A DNA stretch of 64,000 bases from Ministeria vibrans ATCC 50519 (GCA_943704425.1 CALSCP010000388.1:64131-128130), one strand, 5' to 3'. Positions 31,301 through 43,647 are shown, counted from the stretch's first letter. A program made the numbers and translations. Notes: a model not told the origin generated them from the sequence alone.

Positions 31301-32485
31301 GACTCGAGTGCGAGGCGCTACGTTCGACTGTGGCACAGCATGAACAGACGCTGGCGCAGCGGTTGCGCGAGGCCGAAGAGAAGGCGCAGCGGGAGCTGGC
31401 GCGTCAAATTGAGCAGCAAGAGGAGCACTGGTCAGCGCGTTTGCTGAGTGTCGAAGCGGCGCTGCACGACGCTCAGGTACAAGCGTCGCAAGTGACGAAC
31501 GAACGTGAGCGAGTGGAGCAAGAGACGCTCGTATCGCACGCCGCGACCGATGCAACACGTCGCGAGATGGAGAGCCGTCTTCTTGAGTTGGAACACGAGA
31601 TGGAGGCGTTGCATCATCGCAACGAGGAACTCGTGCAGCAGACGACGGTTGAGCAGGAGGCACATGCAGATGCCGAGGCACGTGTCGCGCAATTGAGTGA
31701 GCAGGTCAAGAATATCGAGCGTGAGCGTGACCATGCCGTGGGCTTGGCGGCTCAGCAGCAACAGCAACAGCCATCTCAGCAAAACCAGTCTAGAGAACGC
31801 CAACTTGCAGAGACTGCACTTGCTCGCGTCCAGCAGGAGAATGAGCGTCTGGTCCAGCAACTGACAGCGATGCAACAGGAGCGGGAGCAGCAGGTGAAGC
31901 AAGCGACTGTCGAAGAGGAGCGGCGTGTGCGCAACGTTGAAGAGCTCGCACAGGCGTCCCTGTGGCAATTGCAGCGACAAGTGGACTCAAGCAAGGAGGA
32001 GCTTGCTCGCGAAGCTGCCGCACGACAACACGCCGAACAGGCACTGGCAGTTGCATTGCAGTCGAGTGCACGGCACGGCAGCTGGGACGACGACGACGAC
32101 CGAGTGAGCGAGCCTTCGCTCAGTGACAGCTTTGAGTTTGGTGGCGTCAATGCTGATGTGGACTTGGAGAGCGGCGACGGTCGATGTAAAGCCACCACCG
32201 CATAAATATCTCAGCTTTGCCTTTCTAATTTTGTTTATTCTTCTTGTAGCACTGACAACGCGCGAGCGCGCCATGGTACGTCTGGCCAAAGCGGTGCGAT
32301 GGGTCAACGAGTACAGGTGCAAACACAAATGGTCCATCTCACTCGAATGGCTGACCCTATTTCTTTGGGCGGGGTTTTATAGTGTCTTTGCCAGTCGTAA
32401 GTTCCGGTCGCGTCCGCGTTTCCGCGTGTTTATCATTGGCTATCTCGTTCTACTGCATCTCGCCTGCTTTGTGTGTCTCCTCTGA
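28084..32485 (+). CDS. Tail-anchored golgin (golgin-84/CASP-like C-terminus) with very long coiled coil
   Basis: N-terminal MSFW motif typical of golgins, over 1200 aa of E/Q/A/R heptads, last exon FRSRPRFRVFIIGYLVLLHLACFVCLL resembling the golgin-84 TM with its Y...H pair. Confidence 0.75.
29700..30630 (+). repeat. Coding tandem repeat, 105-bp/35-aa unit, roughly 8-9 copies including variants
   Basis: Unit TQLSEAEERAASAEERISTLQAQVTEAVERAASAT; the word gctacaacacaattg recurs at 30016, 30121, 30226 and 30331 (105-bp spacing). Confidence 0.92.
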
Positions 32486-32666
32486 TACAAATGCGTCTTT
32501 TATATTATTATTATTATTAATTATTATTATTAAATTATTATTTACAAAGGCATCGGGTTAGCATGTCGTAGTCGAAGCCGACGTTGTCCGGCGCATGGTT
32601 GTCTGCATCGTGTGGTACCTGAGGTGTGGGGTTGTTTGCGAACAAATTAAGCTTCTGGTGGCTTTC

Positions 32667-34630
32667 CTACATGTCAAATCCACTGTCAACGCCATCATCA
32701 TAATAATCATCGTCGTCGTCATCATCGTCATCATCGTCATCATCGTCATCGTCGTCGTCGTCGTCATCGTCATCGTCGTCATCTTCATCGCCATTGTCCC
32801 TTGCCCTGGACGGGCGTGATCTCGGCATTTCGAGACGCTCAGCGCGGTCAGGTGCAACGTCGACGCGTGCGTCGCCCAAACGAGACGCTGGAAGAGCGGC
32901 AAGGGCATGGTCGTCGATGACGAGGGACATGTCGAGGCACCACAGGTCGTTGCAGGTGGGTTGAGACGACTGAGTGGTAAAGCCACCGAAAAAGAAGGCA
33001 TGTGTGCCACGCCAGACGGACACAGCACTGAGGCGGGGCACGGGGAAGGCATTTTCAGGGGATGGCTGGGTGTACACATGCGACCAGGTGTGTGTGAGTG
33101 TGTCAAAGTGGGCCACGCGCGATGTGTGGGGGAAGCCACCAAAAGCAACGACAATCTTGTAGCCGACAAGAAGCGACGAGTGACAGCGAAAGGCAGCACG
33201 AAATGGACGTGAAGGGTCGTCGGCAGGCGAAGCGAGATGCCACTCGCATGAGTCCAGGTCGAGATAGTAGACAGTGGACATCTCGCGTGGGTTGGTGAGA
33301 AGCCCACCGGCACGGTTACCGCCCATGACGTACATGCGACGCGTGCCACGCACCTCAACAATGTGCGCCGAGTGACCAAAGCGGGGTGTGGGCATGTGGT
33401 CGCCACGGGTCCGCAGACGCATCCACACGCTCGAGTTGAGGTCAAAGTGCTCGACGACGTTGGTGCAATCGCCGTTGCTGATGCCGCCAAACGCGTACGC
33501 ACACTGGCGCACCTTGTCAACTGCCATGGAGTGGTAGCCGCGTCGCATGGGCTCATACGCGTCCGCATCGCCTTTACGCGCGTTAACTGCCCCTGCTGCA
33601 CCACCACCACCAGCGCCTCTTCCCCCACCCATCGGGCGACCAGCCGCATTCCCACTACCACCGCCACCACCAGCAGCGGGCCAGGCGTTGTTGGGTTGAG
33701 GAGCAAAGTTGCCCTGAAGGTTGTTGCGTTGGTCGCTGCGTCGCGATTGCAACTCAAGCCGTTCTGGCGTTGTCCAGGCAAGCGAAGCAGCGGCCGCAGA
33801 CGCTGACGACAGATCACGACAAGTGAGAATGTATGAGCTCGAGAGTTCGCCCTGGTAACCACCGGCCGACATACCACCGTGTAGCAATACGCTGTCGTGT
33901 GAGATGGCGGTAAGCGTGTGGCCATAGCGTGGCGATACCTCAGATCCTTTGACCAGATCTGTGCACCACTGCTGCTGGTCTGGCACATCGTCAGTAGTAG
34001 TAGTAGCAGCAGCAGGAGCATCAAGAGGGGGCAAACGAAAAGGAGAATTGACTGCGTCATCAAGCGATAAGATATGCGCATCGTTTTGAAGGCGATCGAA
34101 TAGCGCCCAGCCACCCCAGACAAGGAAATATTTGTCGCCCAGCAGTGCGCCAGCATGCCCTTCGCGCGCACAGGGCCACTTCAGCACACCGAGTCGTTCC
34201 CACTGGCCCATCTTGCATCTGGTGAGTCGCAGCAGATGCTCGTAGACGAGGGAGGGGTGTTGGGTGTCGCAGAGGGCGAGTATGGGTTGGGTGTGCGGAG
34301 TGAGTTGACGAAAGTCGCGCAGACACAGCTGACGCCACAGGTTGGGCGTAGAGCAAATGACGTGGAAACGACGAGATACTTGTGAGACTTGGGCAACCTG
34401 CGGTCGACGTGGGAAGGGGCGAGGAGGGCAAGCGACACAAAAGAGGTCAGCAAAATTCGAGGAAGAAAAAAAAAAAAAGTCGGAGTAAAAAGACAAAAAC
34501 AATGAAATGGAAGGGGCTTAAAAGGTAGCGCATGTGGTACAAACGCAGTAGTACTTACGTCCATTCCCTCTAGAAAGCGCAGGATGCACAGGACAATGTC
34601 GTCTGACAGACGGTCGAACAGCGACATCAT
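32667..34630 (-). CDS. F-box/Kelch-repeat protein (FBXO42-like) with acidic tail
   Basis: F-box LFDRLSDDIVLCILRFLEGMD|VAQVSQVSRRF...LWRQL; Kelch units AREGH..VWGG, PRYGH..LHGG, RRGYH..AFGG, PRFGH..VMGG; poly-Asp end. Confidence 0.88.
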
Positions 34631-35140
34631 CTCACCCGCCTCTCCTGCCAGATCGCCAAGCGGAATCACGTGAAAAAGCCACCGGCCAAGGTGTCGTCTC
34701 TAGGCTGAGGTGAATGGTACAAAGACACGCTTGCGAGCAAGCTCAAGAGGATTATGGAAGAAAAAGTCTGGGAAAGCTGTGGGCAATGAACCCAAAAAGG
34801 ACGTTTTAGAAACAAGTTTGAAAGTGACGACGGGCAGTGCGAAACACGCAGAGTTCGTTTCGGTGGAACATATATAGCACGTTGAACACAGTCGTGGCAG
34901 TGATACCTAATTTAGCACTCATTCAGCAGTTCGGCTGCGTCTCCCTTATTTCCACCGTCTCAAACGACCGAAGACGTCGACTGCTGCCTGGCCGCCCTCT
35001 TCGCCCCCGACAAGACGCGTTGTCCCGCCGCTGAGTCGCTGACAGTGCTGTGTGGTATAAGTCTCTTTCAAACAACAAATACGGGCCAAGCCAATTGAGA
35101 CACTATCACACTAATGACGATTTTTGATTTTACACTTTCT

Positions 35141-37066
35141 TTACATTAATCGTTTCCGCAGGGCCGCTCTCACTCTCTCGCGCACCCCCCGCTCGGCGTC
35201 TTCGTCCTCCTGTTCCTGTTCCACTGCCAGTCCGGCGTCGACCTCCTCGTCCAGCCCACTGTCATAGTTCCCAGCAACACCGTTGTTGTTATTTTCACTA
35301 TTGACCTGTATGAATGGCATCACTGTGCCCTGAGTGTTCAGGCGCGCCTGCAGCACTTGCACCTCCGCAGTGCGTTTAGCGACCACACTCGCCTCCACCG
35401 TCAGTCGTCGCTTTAGGTCTCGCTCGCGGTGCGCTGCCGCCTGCCTTGTGTCCTCCACCTGTGCGACCAGTTGACGCGTCGTCTCGTTGGTCACCCGTCG
35501 ATATTCATTCACCATGCGCACGCGTGTACTGCGCTCGCGCTCTCGTTCTCGTTCACTGGCCTTGTGCTTGGTCACTGCTCTTTGCAGTGCTTCTTCTGTC
35601 CGTCTCCGTGCCGATTCTGCCCGCGTCAGTCTCTTCTGCTCCTCTGTCAGCTCACTCTGCAGTTGCTGCACCGTCTCTTCCAACGCGTGTACTGTCTCTT
35701 CGAGTCGCTCTGCCCGCTTCTCCGACTCCTCATACTGCCTGGCAAGTTCTCCTTCGCTCCTAGCGTGCTCTGCAACACTTCGCTCAAGCTCTTCCGCACG
35801 CATCCGCCAACGTTGCTCCGACTCGTCCGCCACGCTCAAGCGACCCTTCAACGAGCGTACGTCGTGCTCGAGTCCGTCGCACTGTGCCAGTCGCGTCGAC
35901 ACCCACCGCCCCAGTGCTTCTGCCTCCATAGACCGTCCGCCCTCCACCGCCGTGTACACTCCATTCACAATGGTCTCCAGTCGCTCGTTCTCGCTCACCA
36001 GCACATCTGCCGATGCGCGCAGTGCGTCCAGTGCCGTTCGCGTGCGCTCGCCACTCGCACGCAGCGCATCGCGCTCACTCTCTACCTCTTCCAACTCTCG
36101 AACGCGTGCCTTGAGCTGCGTCACGTTCACAAGCGTTTGTCGCTGTTGCAACTCACTTGTAGATTTGCTCCGCTCCAGCTCGTCGCGCAGCTGTTCCAGT
36201 TGCCCTCGTACGCGATCCGCCATCTGCTTTTCCCGCGCCAGTTGTGCCTCCATTTCTTCCTTGCTGCGTGCCTGTAGCGTGCGCACCTCGTGCATTTCCG
36301 ACTCATGCACTCGACCAAGTCGTTCCAGTTCGCTCACATAGCGTTGCTGTGCCTCATCCGTTCTCTGTGTCTGCTCCCTCATTGTTCCCCGTGCTTCTTC
36401 CTCCATTTCTTCCACTCGACGTTCAAGCAACATCACCCGCGCACGCCACTCCGACTCACGCCTGACCAGATCCGCTTCTGTACTCAACGCAACCTGGCGC
36501 GCCTCATTTAGGGACTCGCGTACCGCAGCGAGACACGATGACTCGGCCGCAAGGCGTGTCTCCATCTCACGCTGCGTGAGCGTTGCCCTGTGCTGAACGC
36601 GCTCCAGCTCGGCGCGCGCCTGTGCAATTGTCGCAGTCTCTTGTTCGTCGAGCCTCGCCAAGAGTTGCAAATTCTCGCGCTCCATCGTCTCGCACAGCTG
36701 TACCAGCACTTGCCGATCGCCTTGCTCGAGGAGACGCGCATCGCTCAATTCCAGGCGAGCCTCCCTCACCCGACGCTCAGCTTCGTCCACACGCGCACAC
36801 AGCGCATCGCGCTCCTCCGTCAGCTGCTCAATAAGAGCGTGCAGCGCAGACACGGTAGCCTCCACTTCCCGCGCGCGCTGCTTCGAGCGGACACGGCCGT
36901 CGTCGTGAACGACACTCAAAAGCTGTGCAAGTTCGCGTGCTTTTCCCTCCGTCTCCCGAACGTCCCGCACCGCCTCCGCAAGCGCATTCTCACCCATGTA
37001 CGCAAAACGTTTCGTTGACAATGTACCGTTGAAGCGTGAGCGTGATTGGGATTGACAGGTTGACAT
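35141..37066 (-). CDS. Intronless long coiled-coil protein, function unknown
   Basis: 641-aa ATG-started ORF of continuous E/R/L/A heptads. Confidence 0.72.
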   Translation of the reverse strand: MSTCQSQSRSRFNGTLSTKRFAYMGENALAEAVRDVRETEGKARELAQLLSVVHDDGRVRSKQRAREVEATVSALHALIEQLTEERDALCARVDEAERRVREARLELSDARLLEQGDRQVLVQLCETMERENLQLLARLDEQETATIAQARAELERVQHRATLTQREMETRLAAESSCLAAVRESLNEARQVALSTEADLVRRESEWRARVMLLERRVEEMEEEARGTMREQTQRTDEAQQRYVSELERLGRVHESEMHEVRTLQARSKEEMEAQLAREKQMADRVRGQLEQLRDELERSKSTSELQQRQTLVNVTQLKARVRELEEVESERDALRASGERTRTALDALRASADVLVSENERLETIVNGVYTAVEGGRSMEAEALGRWVSTRLAQCDGLEHDVRSLKGRLSVADESEQRWRMRAEELERSVAEHARSEGELARQYEESEKRAERLEETVHALEETVQQLQSELTEEQKRLTRAESARRRTEEALQRAVTKHKASERERERERSTRVRMVNEYRRVTNETTRQLVAQVEDTRQAAAHRERDLKRRLTVEASVVAKRTAEVQVLQARLNTQGTVMPFIQVNSENNNNGVAGNYDSGLDEEVDAGLAVEQEQEDEDAERGVRERVRAALRKRLM

Positions 37067-37249
37067 TAATAAAACTATTGCGATTTTACATTAATTATTT
37101 TTGAAATTTCGTCGTATTCGTAGTTTCCAAAGAGTCAAGACGTATCTCAACTATTCAAAAATATCTGATCTCCTTGTTTGTTCTCTTTCTCTCGCGCTTG
37201 ATCGCCGTATCCTTTGTGTTTCTTTGAATTTGCCATTGAGCAAAACAGG

Positions 37250-37388
37250 ATGGTACACGCCTCAGTTGGGTGTTTTGCAATCTAACTCGCAACGTCGCTC
37301 TCCCCTTTGTCTTTTGCAGGGACGCACAAGCGATGCCAAGAAGGGCGAGACGCTTGAGGATTTGCAGAAGCCCGTTTCGAAAATCGAG
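37250..37388 (+). CDS. POLR3B: Displaced 5' exons of RNA polymerase III subunit RPC2 (ATG-only exon, then GRTSDAKKGETLEDLQKPVSKIE)
   Basis: ATG|gtacac...cag|exon 37320-37388|gtaag. The peptide joins in phase 0 to DKWKLLPAFLK at 44776, giving the typical RPC2 N-terminus LxxPxxxxE(D/E)KWxLLPAFLK. Confidence 0.78.
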
Positions 37389-37635
37389 GTAAGAACGGAC
37401 GAAACACGTTTGGTTTCATCAGGGGATCTCTCTCTCTCTCTCTCGCTCTGTCTCTCTCGCCCTCTTCCCTCTCTCTACACTCTCTCCTCTCTCTCTCTCT
37501 CTGTGCTCTCTTTCGCCTCCATCCCACCCTACCTTGATACCCACGACACTCATGCGTGCCCAGTGCACCTGTGCATGCCGTTGCCGCCCTCCCTCGACCC
37601 CAACAGCCTCCGCTAATCACACGAGTCTGACACTG

Positions 37636-37667
<32 letters not shown>

Positions 37668-37780
37668 TGTATTTGCACTTCCGATGTGAGAAATGCCCGT
37701 CTGTACTTTGCGTATTCATTTCAACTGGGAAAGGCATCGGTAGTATATTATGAGTGATTAAACTGTACCGTTGTGTTTAG

Positions 37781-39356
37781 CTGGAGAACATTTTGCTGAC
37801 AGAGGACGACGATGTTGTGATTGCTGACTTTGGCTTTGCGACATGGGTCAACACGGGCTTTGACCTCTCCACCACCTGTGGCACTCCCACCTACGCATGT
37901 CCCGAGCTGTTCTCCAAAGAGCCCTCCTACAACGGTCGAAGTGTACGAAACGAGATGCACAAGGAGAGGAGTGTCTTTGTGGTGTGTGTGTGTGTGTCTT
38001 TGTGGTGTGAGTGAGAAATCTGCATGACAAACAGTCTTTCTCTCTCTTTTTCACTCTCTCCCGATACGTCTGTGTGACAATCTTTCACGCTCTCTTTATC
38101 ATTTTCTCACTCTCTTTTTCACTTTCTTACGATGCACACTCAGGTTGACATTTGGGCGCTGGGCGTTGTTCTCTTCCATCTGATCGCTGGGTATGGCCCC
38201 TTTGACGCCTCCACAATTGCCGCCGTGCGCAATCTCGTGCTCAAAGGCGACTTTGACATGCCTACTTTTTTCAGTCAAGGTATAATTGTACACATCAAAA
38301 ATAGTATTACTATTATTATATTCATTATTCTATTATTATTATTATTATTTTTATTATTATTATTATTATTATTGTTGTTATTGTTGTTGTTGTTGTTGTT
38401 GTTTTTATTATTATTGGGCGACATTCTGCTTGATTGAGCTGTGACGGCCCGCGTTAAATTGATCTTATGCTGGTGTAGACGTCCGAGATGTTATCTCACG
38501 CATGCTTGAAGTGGAGCCGATGAAGCGGATTACCATGGCCGAGCTCATTCAACATCCGTGGGTGGTTGCCGGCGAGGGCGATGGTACTGTGTTGGGCGCA
38601 TACACAGACGACCTCACCAAGAGCTATGGGCGTCTCATGGCTACTGTGGAAAATAGTCTCGGCTCGGAGGAGGATGCACAAGTGGTGGCTGAAGTCACAA
38701 CGTCACCACCACCCGTCTCACCCCAGCTGGTGGCGTCCTCCTTCAATTTCCACGACTGTGACCAGATCTTGATGCCCGTCGACATGGCCGTCTCGCCCGT
38801 GGATTCGGCCGAAGACTCCGATTGCTACAGTTTCGGCATGGACACAAATTCTCCCATGCGTCGTGCTCGTTCGCGCGGCGACAGCGGCCGAGACGAGAAC
38901 GTGTTTATCGTAGTGGACGACTACCACGACGACGATGGTCATCAAAGAGGAATCACCTCCGGCCAACCGCGCGTCAAGCTGACGACCACTCGTAGCGAAC
39001 CCCTGTTGCAACACTTACGCGTTCCTTCCAAGAGCAGTACCGCCGCCAGCCGCTCGCGACCGCGCAGCAGAGGCGCCTGCACTGCACATCGTCCAGCCAA
39101 ATCACCGACCCCCTCTGCAGTACAGGATCCACAACCCCGCATCCGTTATGCCTACCACTCCCTCTCACGTGGCTCTTCTGTGCACTCCTCACTATCCTCT
39201 CCCACCTCCACCTCGCAGTCCAACCCGATCACACCCACTCGCACACCCCCTTCGTCTCACACGGTCCTTCCCGCCGCCACCAAGCCCAAGTCTGCTTCCA
39301 CTCCCTTGTTTCCCTTTTTCACGCACATGTTCCGTCGCAAGAAGACAAAGCACTAA
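37781..39356 (+). CDS. AMPK-related kinase, C-terminal half only (from LENILL); complements the half at 21789-22640
   Basis: Acceptor ttag|CTGGAGAAC; IADFG, TTCGTPTYACPE, DIWALGV, EPMKRITMAELIQHPW, S/P-rich tail; no N-lobe immediately upstream. Confidence 0.88.
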
Positions 39357-39626
39357 ATCCACACACTCTCTCTTCCACGCCATGGTCTATGCACCGATGT
39401 AACCGACAATACTTATAATGCACAGTTCATTTACTATTATTGATAATTTATCCAGACAAATTAAGATAACGTCATTGTTCTTTTATTATCCTTTATAATT
39501 ATTATTATGATGCATGGCGTACCATTGCGATTACCTCACTGAATAGCGATTGAACTCGTGCTTTTGATGTTGATCCTGGTGACTGTATTATTAATAAATT
39601 AAATGGGTTGTATTCTTCCTTTGTTA

Positions 39627-42600
39627 TTATGCACTCAGAGCACACTCAATGATCGCGCGGAGAATACGCTCATGGCCATCATGTTCGGAGGACATCGGCT
39701 TCCCGAGTGCGGCGCCTGCTGTGCACAGGGTGCGCTGGAAGGCAGCCACGAGGGTGTCGCGCAACAGCCACCGCACAAGCAACGCGTATGGTGAGCCTCC
39801 TTTACACGACTCGTCACCGGCGCCGCTCGACACACCACTATTTGCCTGTTCACCACCCAATGCCCGCTCCATTTCCTTGCGCTCCATGTCAAGCCAGTTG
39901 TCAAAAAGAGATGTGTCCTGCTCGCCCGTGTACGGCGAGAAGAAGTCACTGCGCTCAAAGGCAAAGTCAAAATCGACTGGTGCAATAAGCTGCCCGGCCT
40001 CCGTCGTCTGTTGCAGCACCACAAAATTGTTGGGGTGTGCATTGCAGTGGGGCTCGACGGGCGAATGATCAAAGAAAGTGCCCCAGTTGATGGACTCGCG
40101 CTGGAGCGCACCCAGCACAAGAGCCACCTCTGTCCCAAGACGACTCATGAGAGACACCAGTGCCACGGTGACGGAGAGTGCGTCGTGGCGTGCGGTGATG
40201 GTGGGAAACATGAGGGACACGGCGGGTGCCAGAGCACATCGCAATAGCAGCACAGAGTGGTGAAGATCAGGATTGTCGTCGCTCATGCTGCAGTGCGCGT
40301 CGACGGGTTGCGCACGGGAGTCGGCACGTCCCGTTGAGCAGGCACTCCACGTTGGTGCCATAGTGCCGTCCTCATTGACGACGCGCGTACTCTCCGTGCT
40401 GTCACAGTGCCGACGAATAGCACTGGCAAGAGCGTCCAACTGTGACTGCGAAGGAGGCACACGAGTGAGAAGGAGCCGTTCGAGTCCACCGAGCAGGTCG
40501 GCATCAAGTCGTCGCTCACCGACCGTCTCAAAGATCCCACAGCAGGGACGTGCGTCCCCCGCAAGACCTGCAAGCAACGAGGAAGAGTCCCCGTCAAAGT
40601 CATAGCGCCATTGACCTACAGAGCGGTTTCCAGCAATCATGTGCAGAGGCTTGAGCACGCGCGCGACACGCTCGGTCATGGCAAGCTCGCGTTCGACAGT
40701 CGACGGAAACTGAGAGCCACGCAACTCGGTGCCGTCGAGAAGTGCCTGGAACGGCATGCCAGGGAAAGAGAAGGTACACAGAGGAGGGGCAGCACAGCCA
40801 ACAAAGTTGCCGCAGCCCTTGAGGCGGAGGTATACGTCGGTGCCGTCGGATGTGGAGATGGGCATGACGGCAGAGCGATCGCCGGAGCGCCACGCCCAGC
40901 GAGCGCCCGCAGGAACCTTGAGCAGTGGCTCAGCGAGTAGGTGCGCGTAAGCAATGGGAAACCCTTGAGGTTCCGACGACGCAGACGGAGGGTGTGGAAG
41001 AAAGTCTGCTGAGGGCACACAAGGAAGGTAGAGGGAAGACCCTTTATGAGATAACGGCTGAAGGCGCGAGTGCGCTGCAATGCGTGCTGCCTTTGACACG
41101 CGCGCAAGAGACGCCACAAGCGAGGTACCATCCGACACGATGGGTGAAGCAGCGGTCTTTGGAGGCGGGGACTGGGCGTCGTTGATGTTGTGTGTGGGAA
41201 GCGAGAGGGAGGAGGGAGCGACGAGCGAGTCGGGCTGATGGGGCATAGCGACACCCGAGACGGGTGCAAGGAAGACGCGTTGGTGTGCGCCGCGACTGAA
41301 GAAGAGCGCGCTCTTTGACGACACTTGAACTGGCGAGTCCATCGGAGAACTGGCGCAGCTACAGAACATGCACGTTGGATTGGGGTCGACACAATAGGAG
41401 AAGCACTCGTGTGAGGCAAGGTCCATTTTGGTCCAGTGTGGCAGCGCAGGGGCAGAATTGTCATAGCCGTCGACAAAGAGCGACTGGAGCCAGACTGAGA
41501 TGGCTGCACCTGCGCCGGCGGTGCAGGAAAGGACGGTGGAGCCCACGGAGGCGGTGGGAACGGCAGAAGAGGCGTCGTGTGCAGGCATCAAGTGGGCAAT
41601 ACTGGAGTGCTCCAGGATGTGCTGGGGGGTGAGCGTACTCAGGGGAATGGTGGTAGAAGTGCGCGAATCGACGTTGTTGCAAGCAAAGCAAGGTTGGCGC
41701 GAAGGGCGAGGGAACACGTCGGAGACCCACGCGAGTGCCCAGGAAGAGGCAGAGAGATAGGAGAGATTTAGACGGGTACAGAGTGACGAGATGGCCAAGT
41801 CGTACGTGGCGCCCACATCGACGGCATTGAAGATGCAGGTGGCACGCTGGGCAAGACGCGTCACCAGGTCAAACTGGGTCACTACATTTGCATGGTACGC
41901 TTCGATGGTGGGTGTGGTGGCAACGCGATGGGTGTGTACGAGGGTTTCACGGGCGGCGTCTACTTTGCGCTGGCCAAGGTGGCGCTGGTGGAAGAGCACC
42001 TGTCGGTTGAGATTGGAGGCATCCACGGTGTCACAATCAACTAACATGAGGTGGCCAATGCCCAAGCGGCACAAGTGCAGTGCAGCGGCACACCCAATGC
42101 CGCCCACGCCAAGCAGTAGGACACTTTGGCCGGCGAGCGTGTCCTGGCGCCACTTGTCGACGGCCGATTGACGCGAGAACACTTCGGAGACGGACGCAGA
42201 TAGTGTTGGGCAATCGGAAGAGGAGGAGGAGGACAAAGGAGGGGAAACGGGCGGGTGGAAGAGGGGTCGCATTGCGTCGAGAACATCGAGCAGTTGCGGG
42301 AGAAGGTCAATATCGCTGTCGGAGGCGCGCACAAAGGCAGCGGTGCGCTCAATCCAATTGATCATGCGTACTTGGTCCGCCGGCGCAGTATGGTGGAGGG
42401 CGTCGAGATCGCGCAGAAGCACAAGGTCGCGCGAGCGGAGTGCAGCGGGTGGGTTGTACGACTCGAGCCATTGCAAGAGGCCGGGAAGGGAGAGGTCGCC
42501 GCAGTCGGTGTGTGCGACGGCATCGAAGGTAGTCAGTAGCGCATGCAGGTGATTGCCAAGGAACCAACGGCGCACCGAGGTAGTGCCACAGAGAGCCTGT

Positions 42601-43647
42601 CGAATGAGCAAGATACTTTTGCTGAAGACCTCGTGGTAGCGCAATGATCGGTGTGTAAGAGCGAGGTCACAGTCGTAAAGACAGTCGTCCTTGTCGGCAT
42701 TTTCGCCATTTGAGGGTGCATTTATTGCAGCTGCTGCACGATCTAATCGTTCTTGGCGACGTCTATTTTCATGATGGACGCCCACAGAGACGGCGAGCGT
42801 GTCGAGGCGCGCGGGAGAGGAAGAAGAGGCAACGGCAAGGATGGGCGCATTGAAACTGTCGAAGAGGAGAATCTCAATGGAGCCTGCCAGTGGCACATTG
42901 ACGAGAACGCTGACCCAGTGATCGACGACGCCCAGCAAGAATGCGCGCGTCGAGCGCCTCTCCGCTACGCCCAGGTCGATCATGACTTTCTCAACGTCCT
43001 TGACGTCTGCTGCGCTGTGCATTTCGACCAAGGCAGTCATCGGCACAAAGGAGACTGCCTGGATAGCCTGCTCAACATGACTTCGTTCAAAAATGCATTC
43101 CTCAAGCGTGGCGCACTCGCGTTCCGCCTCCGTCTCGTGTGGTGCGATGGTTGTTTTGAGCCGTCGACAAAACTCGCCAAAGCCGTCCGTTCCATCGCCA
43201 TTCTCCTCGCCACGCAATCGTGCCAGAGCCTGCGCATTTCCCATGGCTGCCTGGTAGCACAGGGTCGCATTGTAGATTGCATGGTAGCCGCAGTTTCTGT
43301 CCTGAGGCGGGCGCGGCCGGTGAGAAGACAAGATGGTCGAGCAGAGAGTGGAGGAGAGAGTTTACCTTCGAATTTTGAGCCCGCACTGCGATTTGCGCAG
43401 TCACCACGTTGTGTGCGTGATCATGTTCGACAAACACAGCGCGGTCGATAAGCTTGGGAAGGACATTTTCCGTCATTTCTTCAAAAATATTAAAATTAAT
43501 GGGTGTTCCGTACTTCCGTGTTCCAGATGGCTGGTGACTAAACATCACGAAACAGGCCAACGCGTCATTCAAAGATCAACAGGCAAGTGAGGCAACAGCG
43601 AAGTCACTCAAGTCAGCGATCAGTTAACACTCAAATGCTAGTGCCAT
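39627..43647 (-). CDS. Three-domain fusion: papain/Josephin-like Cys peptidase + ThiF/E1-like domain + SelO-like kinase-fold domain (start approximate; intron 43302-43365)
   Basis: AQNSK|DRNCGYHAIYNA, DHWVSV, LLFDS; then LLGVGGIG, VDCDTVDASNLNRQ, KV, NAVD, CFAC, CMFC; then SGDRSAV, LRLKGCGN, ELRG...ERE, HCNAHPNN, APVDFD. All lie in one open frame. Confidence 0.8.

Noticed and set aside
37250-39356. N-lobe-less kinase made by splicing exon 37320-37388 to LENILL
   Set aside because: The upstream exon matches the RPC2 N-terminus and the missing kinase half exists at 21789-22640; the fusion is most likely artefactual.
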